Of a stretch of DNA of 46,739 bases, positions 24,201 through 34,183 are shown one piece after another. Numbering within the stretch: the first letter of the stretch is position 1; every line of letters starts with the position of its first letter. Below the pieces are notes generated by a model. It searched no databases. It worked only from the letters and a program-made list of their open reading frames with translations, and was not told where the DNA came from. Source of the stretch: Paraphysomonas bandaiensis (taxonomy: Eukaryota; Protista; Chrysophyceae); the NCBI GenBank assembly GCA_965644295.1, contig CBFFRP010000661.1, positions 1 through 46,739 of the forward strand, given 5' to 3'. The position numbers and the translations under genes were made by a program.

Positions 24201-24622
24201 ACGAAATCTCCGGAGTATATAATATCTTGCTGTTCACTCGATATCTTCATGTCTAATTGGATTGTTGTATCACTTTCAAGTCTTGTCTTGTTGTCAGCCA
24301 GCCCGATCTTCAAATTCTTTTTAATAATTCTCTTGTTCTCTAGTTGTTCTCTTATTTTTGTGAAAATTCTCTTACTGATGTAGTTCGCACACAGGGCTCC
24401 AGTGTCGAACAAAACTCTAATCTTATCTGACATTACAACATTATTATCAAAATTGCTGCTTAACAGCTGTCCATTAAAATGCACCATGTCCGGGGTAGCT
24501 TGAAATTTTCTCACCAAATCCCCCACAATGGCACATAACTCATGTGGAGGCATCTTCGACTCATCAGGGTTCGCAAGTATGTTTTCATTATCCTGGTGAG
24601 TGCCGGAGACGCCTCCTACCAG
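21266..24622 (-). CDS. pol: Element C pol (protease, RT, RNase H, integrase)
   Basis: LFDTGA; RLCGDYR, DLTNAFHQ, LFDN; TDASEFG..EQE..TDHNNL..ADALSR; H-H-CxxC, GIDAV, SDLG, GTER; HKGP. Confidence 0.95.
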   Translation of the reverse strand: MVGGVSGTHQDNENILANPDESKMPPHELCAIVGDLVRKFQATPDMVHFNGQLLSSNFDNNVVMSDKIRVLFDTGALCANYISKRIFTKIREQLENKRIIKKNLKIGLADNKTRLESDTTIQLDMKISSEQQDIIYSGDFVVLEMLQNEVIIGMPAILGELWQFFKSEVEAVRTENMHLPELQTLHVSDVEQYLQPWSFSSAEEASEEKDNPLPTSFGDVSLFLGKSREDAISEFISMFEDHIDPEFRKSTKVEELLRGKGVNAFVPEKWTGMKGIEPLDIKFREDLPHRLKPKARPINPRLYEATEQEFMRLRGYIYVKSSSPWASCLTVAPKATKPFIRLCGDYRIINKYMEIPHYYIPNVRHQLDRIIEYEIFLDIDLTNAFHQIPVTEQTSAKLSIQTPWGQFQPLYVPEGIGPGSGKLQQTIMELFGDFDWAICLFDNVLILAKDYDDAYRKLDLFLDRCIEHSVVLKFAKTWLGKREVHFFGYNCRHHSYELTNDRKEAILKIPFPESGNRQKKVRSMLGMGVFFAPFVENYKDKVKHLTDLTKQDFNWDETTWKIDYRQEWEDYKTGLQEACSVFYPDYELEWFLRTDASEFGIGAVLFQVKRLENGEVLYQVIAMCSKKFSPEAMRWSTIEQEGYAIFYAVRHFAYYLIGKHFIVQTDHNNLRWMEASEVPKIVRWRVYLQSFDFVVQHISGRENTVADALSRLFMISMDDSDHDRTMGEEDSDDDWTFHALMNVFDLTDISETAPEPVSRLRAQELMEEVHNAQSGHWGAKEMWNRLNKLCPGHQIPYKEIADFVSSCACCEKTRRERKNRLIKIPRTLKPPHARSVIGIDAVKITPAGKNGESHILVIVNLFSKHAFLRAIIGVTAKNLAASVWIYWSNFGHTDMIISDLGTDLTSKLFAELVQLMGMRHVFSIADKHANGTERPIKEVVRHLRALVFDTRIQDIFDDVTKIPSVQYILNDHVSSETGFTPFELVFGSVDAVYKDLLKDCEGEPSHMLLKQLNENLTVLREASKKFQDQLVEERASQARLMPQNMYAPGDFVLFDAGPKPHPKLACRHKGPMQVVHQYKNDVDCRNLISGAIKKFSVEDLELFYGSAEEAFNAAVHGR

Positions 24623-25050
24623 TCAGGCTCTGGTCTGGTCCCGCTTCAGGACCTTGGGGTATCCTTCTCTCTCAATCGTTGCCAACTTCTTCATTAACCA
24701 TTGCCTGGTCTCTTTAGCTGATGCCTCATTATGACCTTTCGCATTTCTGCATTCACTGCCCTTGAAGCAATTACCGTAGACTGCAAAATTGATACATCCC
24801 CTGGTGATCATCTTGTCTCCTGGTATAGCCAATAGACGCATCTCAGTCTCATCATGTGACGAACAAGGTTGCAAATCATCCATTTTCCTTTTAAGATCAC
24901 CTTTATCAAGAGTGCGCTCGCCCTCCAAAATATTGAGTCTAGATTCAAGTGCGGCAGATCTATCCGCTGGTAAGTCCATTTTCACAACCAAAGGCTGTAA
25001 AAGAGTCTTTATAGTGTCTTCTTCGTCAATTTCTATTGTTAACAATATTT
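24623..25050 (-). pseudogene. gag: Element C gag remnant (N-terminal coiled coil fused to C-terminal CCCH finger)
   Basis: Only ~140 codons versus ~600 in family B; retains GCINFAVYGNCFKGSECRNAKGH and PKVLKRD, which match the family B Gag end. Confidence 0.7.
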
Positions 25051-25077
25051 TCCGGCTTTTAACCCTAGTAAATTTAC

Positions 25078-28000
25078 TGCAATGGAACTCAGGTTGGGAC
25101 CTGAGAGCCAAACTCTAAATAAGCTAAAACTCGCTTTAAGAGAGAGAATGTTGCTTATTATTAACTTATACTACTTCTGCAGTACTAAATGCTTCTCGGC
25201 ACCCCAAGAAACTAAAGCACAACTCACCAGCTATGCAGTTCAGTACTAAACAGAAAAGTGACGAGCTACAACAACCAACAAAGAGAGAACAAGCTTAACT
25301 AAAAAGAATGACGATGCGCTTGAGCGTTGACAGCCACACAGTGACTAAATCCAAATTTTCTGCGAAGGAGTGACGATATTTATGAATATTCTTGGAGAAT
25401 TCTTCTTCTTCATACTCTACACATTAATGTATGGACTCTGCCGTATACACTCTCAACTGCTGCTCATCTAAACGATAATGGGCACTCGACCAATCAGCAT
25501 TGAGAATAGGGAAAGCATTGGTTCAGTATTCGCTTCCTGTATTTATACAGTGTAGGGTACAGTATACTGATACTGTATACCTACGAGTGATATAGACGCA
25601 TACATACAATAGAGGAATACTGCAAATACATCATATACAGTATATACGGTATACAGTGCGGTTGCTGAGAGGAGATGCAGCTCGCTCCTAACTGCCATCT
25701 TAATGTGATTGCAGCACACATACCGAACATACTTGTAAGCGAGCAGATTATCGTGAAAATTGAACAATATGTCCAGAGATGCATTACCATTGTACTCGCT
25801 AACGACCACTGCTTCTTCAATTGCCGATATAGAGTACGAGGCGATATAGTATATTGACTGTGCAGCATCAGTACGAGGGTCCACACAGTGTGATGATCGA
25901 ATGGAAGGTACCGTAAAATCATGTAATCAGTACGTACAGTCATGACAGGTGATATACAGGTCCTTCTTCCAGACAGAGGCGGTCTATGGCAACCCTTAGC
26001 CACCAGTAATTGGAAATGGATATATGAACCACACAGAGGCATATAATAACGGTAAAGAAGCCGCAGACACATCCACTGATTGCAGGCAAAGCACGTGTAC
26101 AGGGGGGATTCGAAATAAACAACAGATTTCAGTTTTTTTTTCAAAAATACTTTTTTTTACTTTTTTCTTATTTTTTTATGATTTTGATAGTGAAGTGATC
26201 ATGATGCCTCCCTCTTAAGACAAGCATCACACACACATCATCCACACCCCTCATACGATGCTCTCACCCCCACAATAACAACACACGAGATCAGCGTAAG
26301 TTCATGTGACCATATGCATATCTCATAACCCTATATTAGGCCTAACAAGAGGGAAGAGAGAGCACTCATATCCATCGGATGAGAATCACAGAGATGAGCA
26401 CACAGCAAGAGGAAGGAGGGACGAGACTCCTCTCTGAGCCCTCGGGGACTGAGGAACAGCGATCAGAGTAATTTATTCGATCTGGAGAGGGGCCGAAAGG
26501 CTCTGTGCAGTCAGCATATTCAGACTGCTTCGACGGTCTCTGTTCACACCAGCACAGAGCAGCACACACACGCAGCTGATATGACTGCGAATGAGATCTG
26601 CCATCAGATATCTGTCTATTCATGTATTGGGTATCCCTCTAATTGCGTTTTGGCGTGAGTTTGATATCATCGGAGGTGCTATGTCGAGGTAACGGCGTTG
26701 CATAGATTTTGACTATGCCTTGTAATATACGTTGAATACAGATGTAATATCACTCCTGTTTCAAGAACCATTGTGTCAACCACATGAAAACGAACTGTGG
26801 AGGGGTGGGTGGAAGTTGGTATACTGAATACGCTCTCAAGGCGAGGGAGAACAAGTTACCTCCAGGATTAATGGAAGTGGTAGGAACTGCGCATCTCATG
26901 CCTTCGCTCTGGGTCTGTGACAACAGAGACCACAGTACTTGTCAATGAGTGACAGCAAGCTAACCAGTTGGTCCCGGAGTCAATATCTTGGTCTTGTATT
27001 GTCCGCTTTTGCCTCAACAGTGAAGTTATTGACACTCATAGGCACCATATCCAAAGAGTGGGAGGTGTGAGACCCCGACACATTGTAGTAAGTATAAAGG
27101 CTCAGTGCTGTCAGTCTGTCAATTCGTTGAGCTGTATCAGAGTGGGCTGCTGCTCACACAGCAAAGAACGTCGCACCGTTCACCTCTATTTTTTGATATG
27201 ACACTGAAGTTTTACCTCTATATAAAATGATAGCGGTGATAAAGGTATATTTGCTCTGTAGCAGCGACGGTACAAGTGCTAGTGAAATTGTACCGCAGGA
27301 GTGAGATTGGTGCTTTGGTGGAGGACCCTAATATCAGCTAGGTTGTACAGTTCACTCATACAACGGCAGAGGGATGTATGAGGTTCAGGTCGATAACGAC
27401 GGCAATATTCGAGCAATCCTGCAGTACCTGTTGCGATATGAAGGTGGTATAATATATACATAATAATACGTATTGTTATTCCTCATTTATTTCTATACAA
27501 TCAGGAGTTGACAGACATTGGTGCAGCATATTCTGCATCTATTCTTACTGGAAAACGTGGCAGAAGTTTGGATTTTTGTCGATTGTAAGTACATTTAATT
27601 AATCAATAACATTTGTATTATATAGCACTATATAGAACACATATTATGTATAATGTAACCGTTTCATTTAACATTTTTTGGTCTGCAAGTGATATAATTT
27701 TTATTATTTTTCATTGCAAACATGTTCTCTTCACATCTACTACACTAATTATTGCAATACGTATCATAAATTCAACTTAAATCGACTTTTTCAAAATTTC
27801 AACAGGTTTGGCGGTTACATCGACTTATGACCATCTAATCGTTTTTCATTTATGAGGAATTGCTACCAGAAGGTGAAATAGAGTCCAGTAGTGGTAGTGG
27901 GATTAGTACCAGAAGAAGAAATTGCAAGGGGGCACTATAAAGGTCTGTGTGATGCTTGTATCTATATATCCGCCTGTGGATATATCATATATTTGACCTA

Positions 28001-28863
28001 ATTTTTGGTGATATGTAGAAATCGGAGAAAATTCAAATAAGCAACGGGAAGTCGGATCAAGATAGCTTTTTTGACTCTTTACACAGGTGCAATATCATTT
28101 TTATCATTTTCATTCAATTTTCTTGAAATATTTTTATATCGGGAATACACATATATGATGTTTGTTTAGTTGTACTTATACACCTAATTACGTGGCATGT
28201 TTCGAAAAATATAAATATTACTGTAGAATAGTCACTGCTATGTCATTGTGTTTCCTTTGCGCTATAGATGACGTTCTAATTCGTTTATTTCGTGCAGATA
28301 TGCTATTTTCAAAATTGTGTCTATTTCACTATTCGATATATATTTGGTAAAAATCATGATTTTTTTTGGTAATTTGTGTGTAACTGTACAAGTAAATTAG
28401 AATAAGCAACGCCCATGTATTTCAAGATAGCATTTTATATAAGTGTTCATATGAATTAATCTAGAGCATCTAGCTAGCTAACTAGCTTAACTTAGCATAG
28501 CATTCATCAGACAGTTGTTTATTTCGAATCCCCCCTGTACACTGTTTACGTACTATAGGTGATTGTAGAAGCTACATATGTGCATTTACAGGCCACTGGT
28601 TGAATATAGAGCCATGTACACATATATACCATATATTAGGGTAAGGATACAACATATATATATATTCTGTAGAAGGGTCACAACCTATACATATATGTGT
28701 GGGTGAAAGAGAGAAACTAGGTTAGTATGTACGCATATATATGTATACATCCAAACTGTAATAATAATAACTCTTCAAAAGAATTATATATCACAGCCCA
28801 GCATATAAAATAGAAGATAGTGCTGATGATTATAAACCTGCTTTAAACCTGCACAGGTTTACA
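25078..28863 (-). repeat. Element C 5' LTR, interrupted by a TIR element
   Basis: 25078-26099 plus 28540-28863 reconstitute the 3' LTR sequence. Confidence 0.95.
26100..28537. mobile_element. Non-autonomous TIR DNA transposon, Tc1/mariner-like
   Basis: Perfect 24-bp TIRs CAGGGGGGATTCGAAATAAACAAC and a TA duplication, confirmed by the empty site gtgTAcactg in the 3' LTR. No intact transposase seen. Confidence 0.92.
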
Positions 28864-29381
28864 CGAATCAGCAAATTTCAACAAGTCTTTGGTCGAAGGT
28901 ATCGCGGAACGATCGTTGAAGGAATTGAAGGAAGTATAGTTACACAAGTATAACCTGCCTTCATCATTGACACAATATATATTATCAAAGTACCACTTCG
29001 AGGTACAGTAGGCACTCAGAAAACGTTGTCCCAGTACCAGCAATAATTTAGCTTGTACTTCCCGCACACAGCTACACGACACTCAAACGATCGGCACTTA
29101 TCAAGAAAATACTGCTTCGGCTGCTATGCATTCTTCTTTTTATCACCTCTTTCATACAATCGATCATAGTGTCCTGCGCGTCGTCCAAGAATGTACCATT
29201 CAACGCATGGTAAATACAGTACACCCCTCACAAGCGCAACAACATATAATATATATGACACATACGACGCAACAGCATGCCTGGTAGGCTGTTTTCAGAA
29301 GACATTTCAGTTATTATTGTGATATAATATATATTTTAATCAATAAAATATATTATATATACACAATACACGAATAACAAT

Positions 29382-30478
29382 ACACACTTCCGTCAAACTA
29401 GTCAGCTGATGCTGTAACCTGCTGACGCGAAGCACACTACCGTCAAACTAGTCAGCTGATGCTGTAACCTGCTGACGCGAAGCACACTACCGTCAAACTA
29501 GTCAGCTGATGCTGTAACCTGCTGACGCGAAGCACACTACCGTCAAACTAGTCAGCTAATGCTGTAACCTGCTGACGCGAAGCACACTACCGTCAAACTA
29601 GTCAGCTAATGCTGTAACCTGCTGACGCGAAGCACACTACCGTCAAACTAGTCAGCTGATGCTGTAACCTGCTGACGCGAAGCACACTACCGTCAAACTA
29701 GTCAGCTAATGCTGTAACCTGCTGACGCGAAGCACACTACCGTCAAACTAGTCAGCTAATGCTGTAACCTGCTGACGCGAAGCACACTACCGTCAAACTA
29801 GTCAGCTAATGCTGTAACCTGCTGACGCGAAGCACACTACCGTCAAACTAGTCAGCTAATGCTGTAACCTGCTGACGCGAAGCACACTACCGTCAAACTA
29901 GTCAGCTAATGCTGTAACCTGCTGACGCGAAGCACACTACCGTCAAACTAGTCAGCTAATGCTGTAACCTGCTGACGCGAAGCACACTACCGTCAAACTA
30001 GTCAGCTGATGCTGTAACCTGCTGACGCGAAGCACACTACCGTCAAACTAGTCAGCTAATGCTGTAACCTGCTGACGCGAAGCACACTACCGTCAAACTA
30101 GTCAGCTAATGCTGTAACCTGCTGACGCGAAGCACACTACCGTCAAACTAGTCAGCTAATGCTGTAACCTGCTGACGCGAAGCACACTACCGTCAAACTA
30201 GTCAGCTAATGCTGTAACCTGCTGACGCGAAGCACACTACCGTCAAACTAGTCAGCTAATGCTGTAACCTGCTGACGCGAAGCACACTACCGTCAAACTA
30301 GTCAGCTAATGCTGTAACCTGCTGACGCGAAGCACACTACCGTCAAACTAGTCAGCTGATGCTGTAACCTGCTGACGCGAAGCACACTACCGTCAAACTA
30401 GTCAGCTAATGCTGTAACCTGCTGACGCGAAGCACACTACCACCAAACTAGTCACCATTGCTGTGTTCTGTTGGTGAC
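29382..30478. repeat. Tandem array of ~21 near-identical 50-bp units plus one diverged terminal unit
   Basis: Unit ACACTACCGTCAAACTAGTCAGCT[A/G]ATGCTGTAACCTGCTGACGCGAAGC; essentially one polymorphic site. Confidence 0.97.
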
Positions 30479-30945
30479 AATATCACGATAAGCAGAGAGT
30501 GGAGGGCACTGAAATTCTCTATACCTGTTGCGAACAACTCCACAGCTCACACAGCAAGCAGATTGAAATGATGAAGATAGCGCAACAAACTGAGAGATTA
30601 TGATGCACTGCAGAGAGTTTGATCTAAATGATGGCGATATTACTAGAGCCTCAGGCTATGTATGTATGTATGTATTATGGATGAGTGGAATATATATGTG
30701 TGTATGTATATACATGTATGCATGTGATGATGATGAATGAGGTCGAAGTGAAGTGAAGTCGAAGTGTTGAACTAAAAAAAGAGGATCGTATTCGGAATTC
30801 GGAATTTCTTCCATCATTTTTTTGAGTTGAGTTGCTGTTTTGTCATCAAATCCACTCCTCTCAGTGATATCACACACATACACATACAAACATATAAACA
30901 TATAGACATATATATACACATATATACAGCATACATGTTAAAGTA

Positions 30946-32005
30946 ATGGATGACTTGGATTCATATTCCAACACTCTAGATATGTACTCCAGTGGTGGCT
31001 CTCAGGAAGAGCCGGCGGGTCCTGTCTGTAGCACTTCTTAATGTTTCTGTCATCATCTGATAGAGGGGTAGGCTCCTCGATGAGCTCCCAGTGTGCTATG
31101 GATGCAGCTGCAGCATTCCTTGATGAATTTGATGATGATAAAACAGAACCAGCAGAAGATGGTGAGTCGTGCAGTGAGAGAAATCAAACAAATGATCTTA
31201 ATTTCACACAGGCGACGAGTCGTTATCAACAACCATAATATGAACAAGAAAGCGGACACAAAGAAGGAAGTGAGACCAACAACCAGCAGGGGATTTAAGT
31301 TCTTGGATGATTATAGATCTTCCTTCTTCATCAAGTACTCAGGGAGGAGCCACTGTTACGTTCGGAAGAAGTTCATGCTACCACACTGAGACTTTTTGTT
31401 TTAACCTCGAGGTCATGGTATCCATTTCTACACTCTTCAACTATTTTGTCCTCGGGCTAGGGTTAATAAAAGCACCAACAAGGTCGTTCACTTATCAATG
31501 GTCCGCACTAGGAATTTCAAATCTGGGAAGGAATATATAATATTATGCTACCTTCGGGCCAAGTGCAACCAGCGGACCAACACATGACAATTGGGCCACC
31601 CTCATCTATACCCTGCTCTCCTTTGCAGTATATGTGGGCACAAGCTCTGCTTAATCAAGGTAGACGTACCTCAAGTTGTTGGGACCCCTTCTCAACACTT
31701 CACTGGCGGGTATCCACCTGTGACACCCACATGCACCCCTCGTATAACAAATGACACTTGGGCCCTGCTCTTCTACCCTTTCCTCTCTTTTGCAATACAT
31801 GCAAGCGCAAGCTCTGCTTAATCAAGGTAAATGTACTTCACGCTGGAATGAAGCTGAGCTGCAGGTTCAGACGTATGAGGCTTTCATCTTGAGTATGCAG
31901 TCACAGCAACACGTGGTATCATCCCCTCCAGTATCCCCCACAGTATCAGCCTATGTAATCATGTTTGTATCTTGGATTAGTTGCACTGCTCGTATGTTTG
32001 AGTAA
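30946..32005 (+). pseudogene. Degenerate homolog of the 930-2230 gene
   Basis: Matching blocks: VCS..SSSDRGVGSSMSSQC vs CSVC..NRDKGVSDSICGPC; YSGRSHCYVRKKF vs HSNGSHCYARKKF; NLEVMV vs NPEVMA; CYLRAKC vs SYLRTKC. Multiple frameshifts. Confidence 0.8.
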
Positions 32006-32290
32006 TTCTGAAACGCATTATTAACTATATATGTTATGACTTAACTGTTGAATATTGTTATATTATGTATAATATATATTCTATAGTTAATAGTTATATA
32101 TATGGTAATTATAATGCTTATATCGCTAATTTTATTTTGTAAATAATGAACAAATATAATGTTTTGAGCAGTAGAAACAAGCTACAAACATGTTAGAAAG
32201 AATCTAGACACATAAAATATAAACTTTTAGCTAATAGCATATTTGACCTGGTTTTGACCATTTGACCTGGTCATCGCCTTCCTCCGACTT

Positions 32291-34183
32291 CTTGCATGTC
32301 ATTGTTTTAAGTTACTTGACACTGTCTTAACAGCGATCTTTATTCTTAGAGGGAATACTGCGCGGCGTTATCTAGCGGATATCGTTGACCGTGTTGGGTG
32401 ATTTAACAGTAATAATAAGTGTTTACTCACACCTTATTATACATTTTGTTGGGAGCAAACCCGCAAGTCTGGTTTGTGCATAGTAATATTACTATAAGTC
32501 CCATAAGGCCTTATATATTGCGAAATTGAGTAGTACATAGCAATTGTTTAGATTGGAAGTTATATCTCATTGTGTCGTCGACGTTTGACGTAATAGTATC
32601 TCATCTTGTACAGTGCGGACGGATTTGCACGTCAAGACAGTAGAGTTGTTGCAGAAAACTTAGTATACACATAGGAACATAACAGACAATTATCGTAGCT
32701 AGCTGACTAATCTGTAATTGTTTTAAGTCAATTTTGGGAACAGTGAGTTGGAAGAAATACCTGATCCAGTACGGACAGATTTGCACGTTTATAGTATATT
32801 ACCCCAATAAGCTATTCACCGAAAATAACTATAAGTAGTTATGGATACTAGTCAAGAGGCTGTCACGGACCTGCAGGCTCTGATGCAAGGTTTCGTGGAA
32901 CAAATCACCGGTGCCGTAAACACTTTGACAGAAACGGTAACAGAGGTCAAAGACGACCTCAAGGAATTGAAACAGAGGGTCTCGGTACTGGAAGGAGCTA
33001 GTTATTTTCCCAATCCAACCCCGCCTGCTAATTCTCCAGCAGAGGCCAGTGAAACCAGTCAGGACCGAGCCATAGAAGAATTGAAATCTAAGCTAGAGCA
33101 ATCTGAGAAACGAAGGAAGGATAGGCCCTCAGTTCTGCAAGAGATAGCAAAAAGCTCGCGAAGGCAATCTATTGAGGCTATAATCCCTACGCGTTTTTCA
33201 GCCGAAGAAGAGGACGAAGCGGATCCATTCGATGTAAAATCAGTTAGAGGAAGCATATTCAGAGAGATCGCAAGCAGTGAGAAGCAAGTGGCTGCTAGTG
33301 GGGAGGTGATAATGAGGCAAGCTAAAGAATGCAATGTACGGATTGACAGCTTTCAACTTTCGAAAGTGACCAAAGCTATAAAAGCCATCATAAACTTTCA
33401 GGAGGAGGAGAATACTAAGGTCAGAGTTCAGAAAATACTTTCCAGGCCGTGCAAAGAGCATCTGCGTACAAAATACAAATTGACTCAGGGCCAGCTAGGG
33501 GCGTTGGGAATTACAGACTTGATCAGAGTTATAGCTAATGAAACAAAGGTATTTTCTAGACCGGCTTTCTACAAAGAGTTGGAAGAGGCTTTGAGGCACA
33601 CCAAGGTCATGGGGTGGTCTGTAGTCTCTCCTGTAAACCACGAGACATTCTACCACCAACAGTTAAAGTTGATTTCCGAGTTTGGTAGGATGCTTAACAT
33701 CATGTTAGAAGGCAACAAAGACTGGTGCCCCAGAATTGATGACAAGCCTGGAGGACTGATTCGACTCTTTAAAACGTGTAATGATCCGGTATACGTGGAG
33801 CATGTATTATCTTGTATGACTGAAACAAAATTCAAGACGATGCAAGAGTTTTTTGATCAGTTTTCGGAGATCATTTATGATGAATATGAATTGAGCGTTG
33901 CAGTACGAGAGATACCTTACAAAAGTCTGATTGAGCACAAGGAGAGGTTGAGAACTTACAGAGAAAAGAAAGAGAACGAGAAGAAGGTTTTTGCGAAGCC
34001 ACGTGTCATAAAACCCTTAAATGCTATTGATGGAGGGGCATATGAACTCTCAGAAAGTGACACTGAGCAACCAGTGTCAGAGGAAACAGCTATGGATGAA
34101 GATGATTGGAGGGATTATCTACCAGAACCAGCTGCGCCTACGGTCACTATATCTGCTGATTTGAAACCAGAGGCTTCACTTAG
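32291..34183 (+). mobile_element. Truncated Gypsy element E: partial 5' LTR (ending ~32480), leader and gag
   Basis: ...GGTTTGTGCA is followed by a palindrome as in families B and C; gag is homologous to family B gag; cut by the element D LTR at 34184. The left boundary is uncertain. Confidence 0.75.
32841..34183 (+). CDS. gag: Gag of element E, 3'-truncated
   Basis: Aligns with 37486-39294 (KAIKAIINFQEEE / KAIKDILEFQEQE; WCPRIDDKPGGLIRLFKT / WCPRIDDKEYGLIRLFKT). Confidence 0.85.

Larger units (their letters stand above)
19346..28863 (-). mobile_element. Chromodomain-bearing Ty3/Gypsy element C with internally deleted gag
   Basis: LTRs at 19346-20692 and 25078-28863 (the latter interrupted), ~1,347 bp with about 5 differences seen. 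PPT at 20693-20722; pol in PR-RT-RH-IN-chromo order. No direct TSD seen. Confidence 0.95.

Noticed and set aside
28864-29300. Possible divergent gene upstream of the 50-bp array
   Set aside because: All minus-strand frames are short or stop-interrupted and I recognise no motif.
29382-30478. CRISPR array (also considered for 197-522)
   Set aside because: No unique spacers, no cas genes, and a eukaryotic context.
29382-30478. Tandem hammerhead ribozymes (CTGATG...CGAA)
   Set aside because: The CTGANGA and GAAA core motifs are not present.
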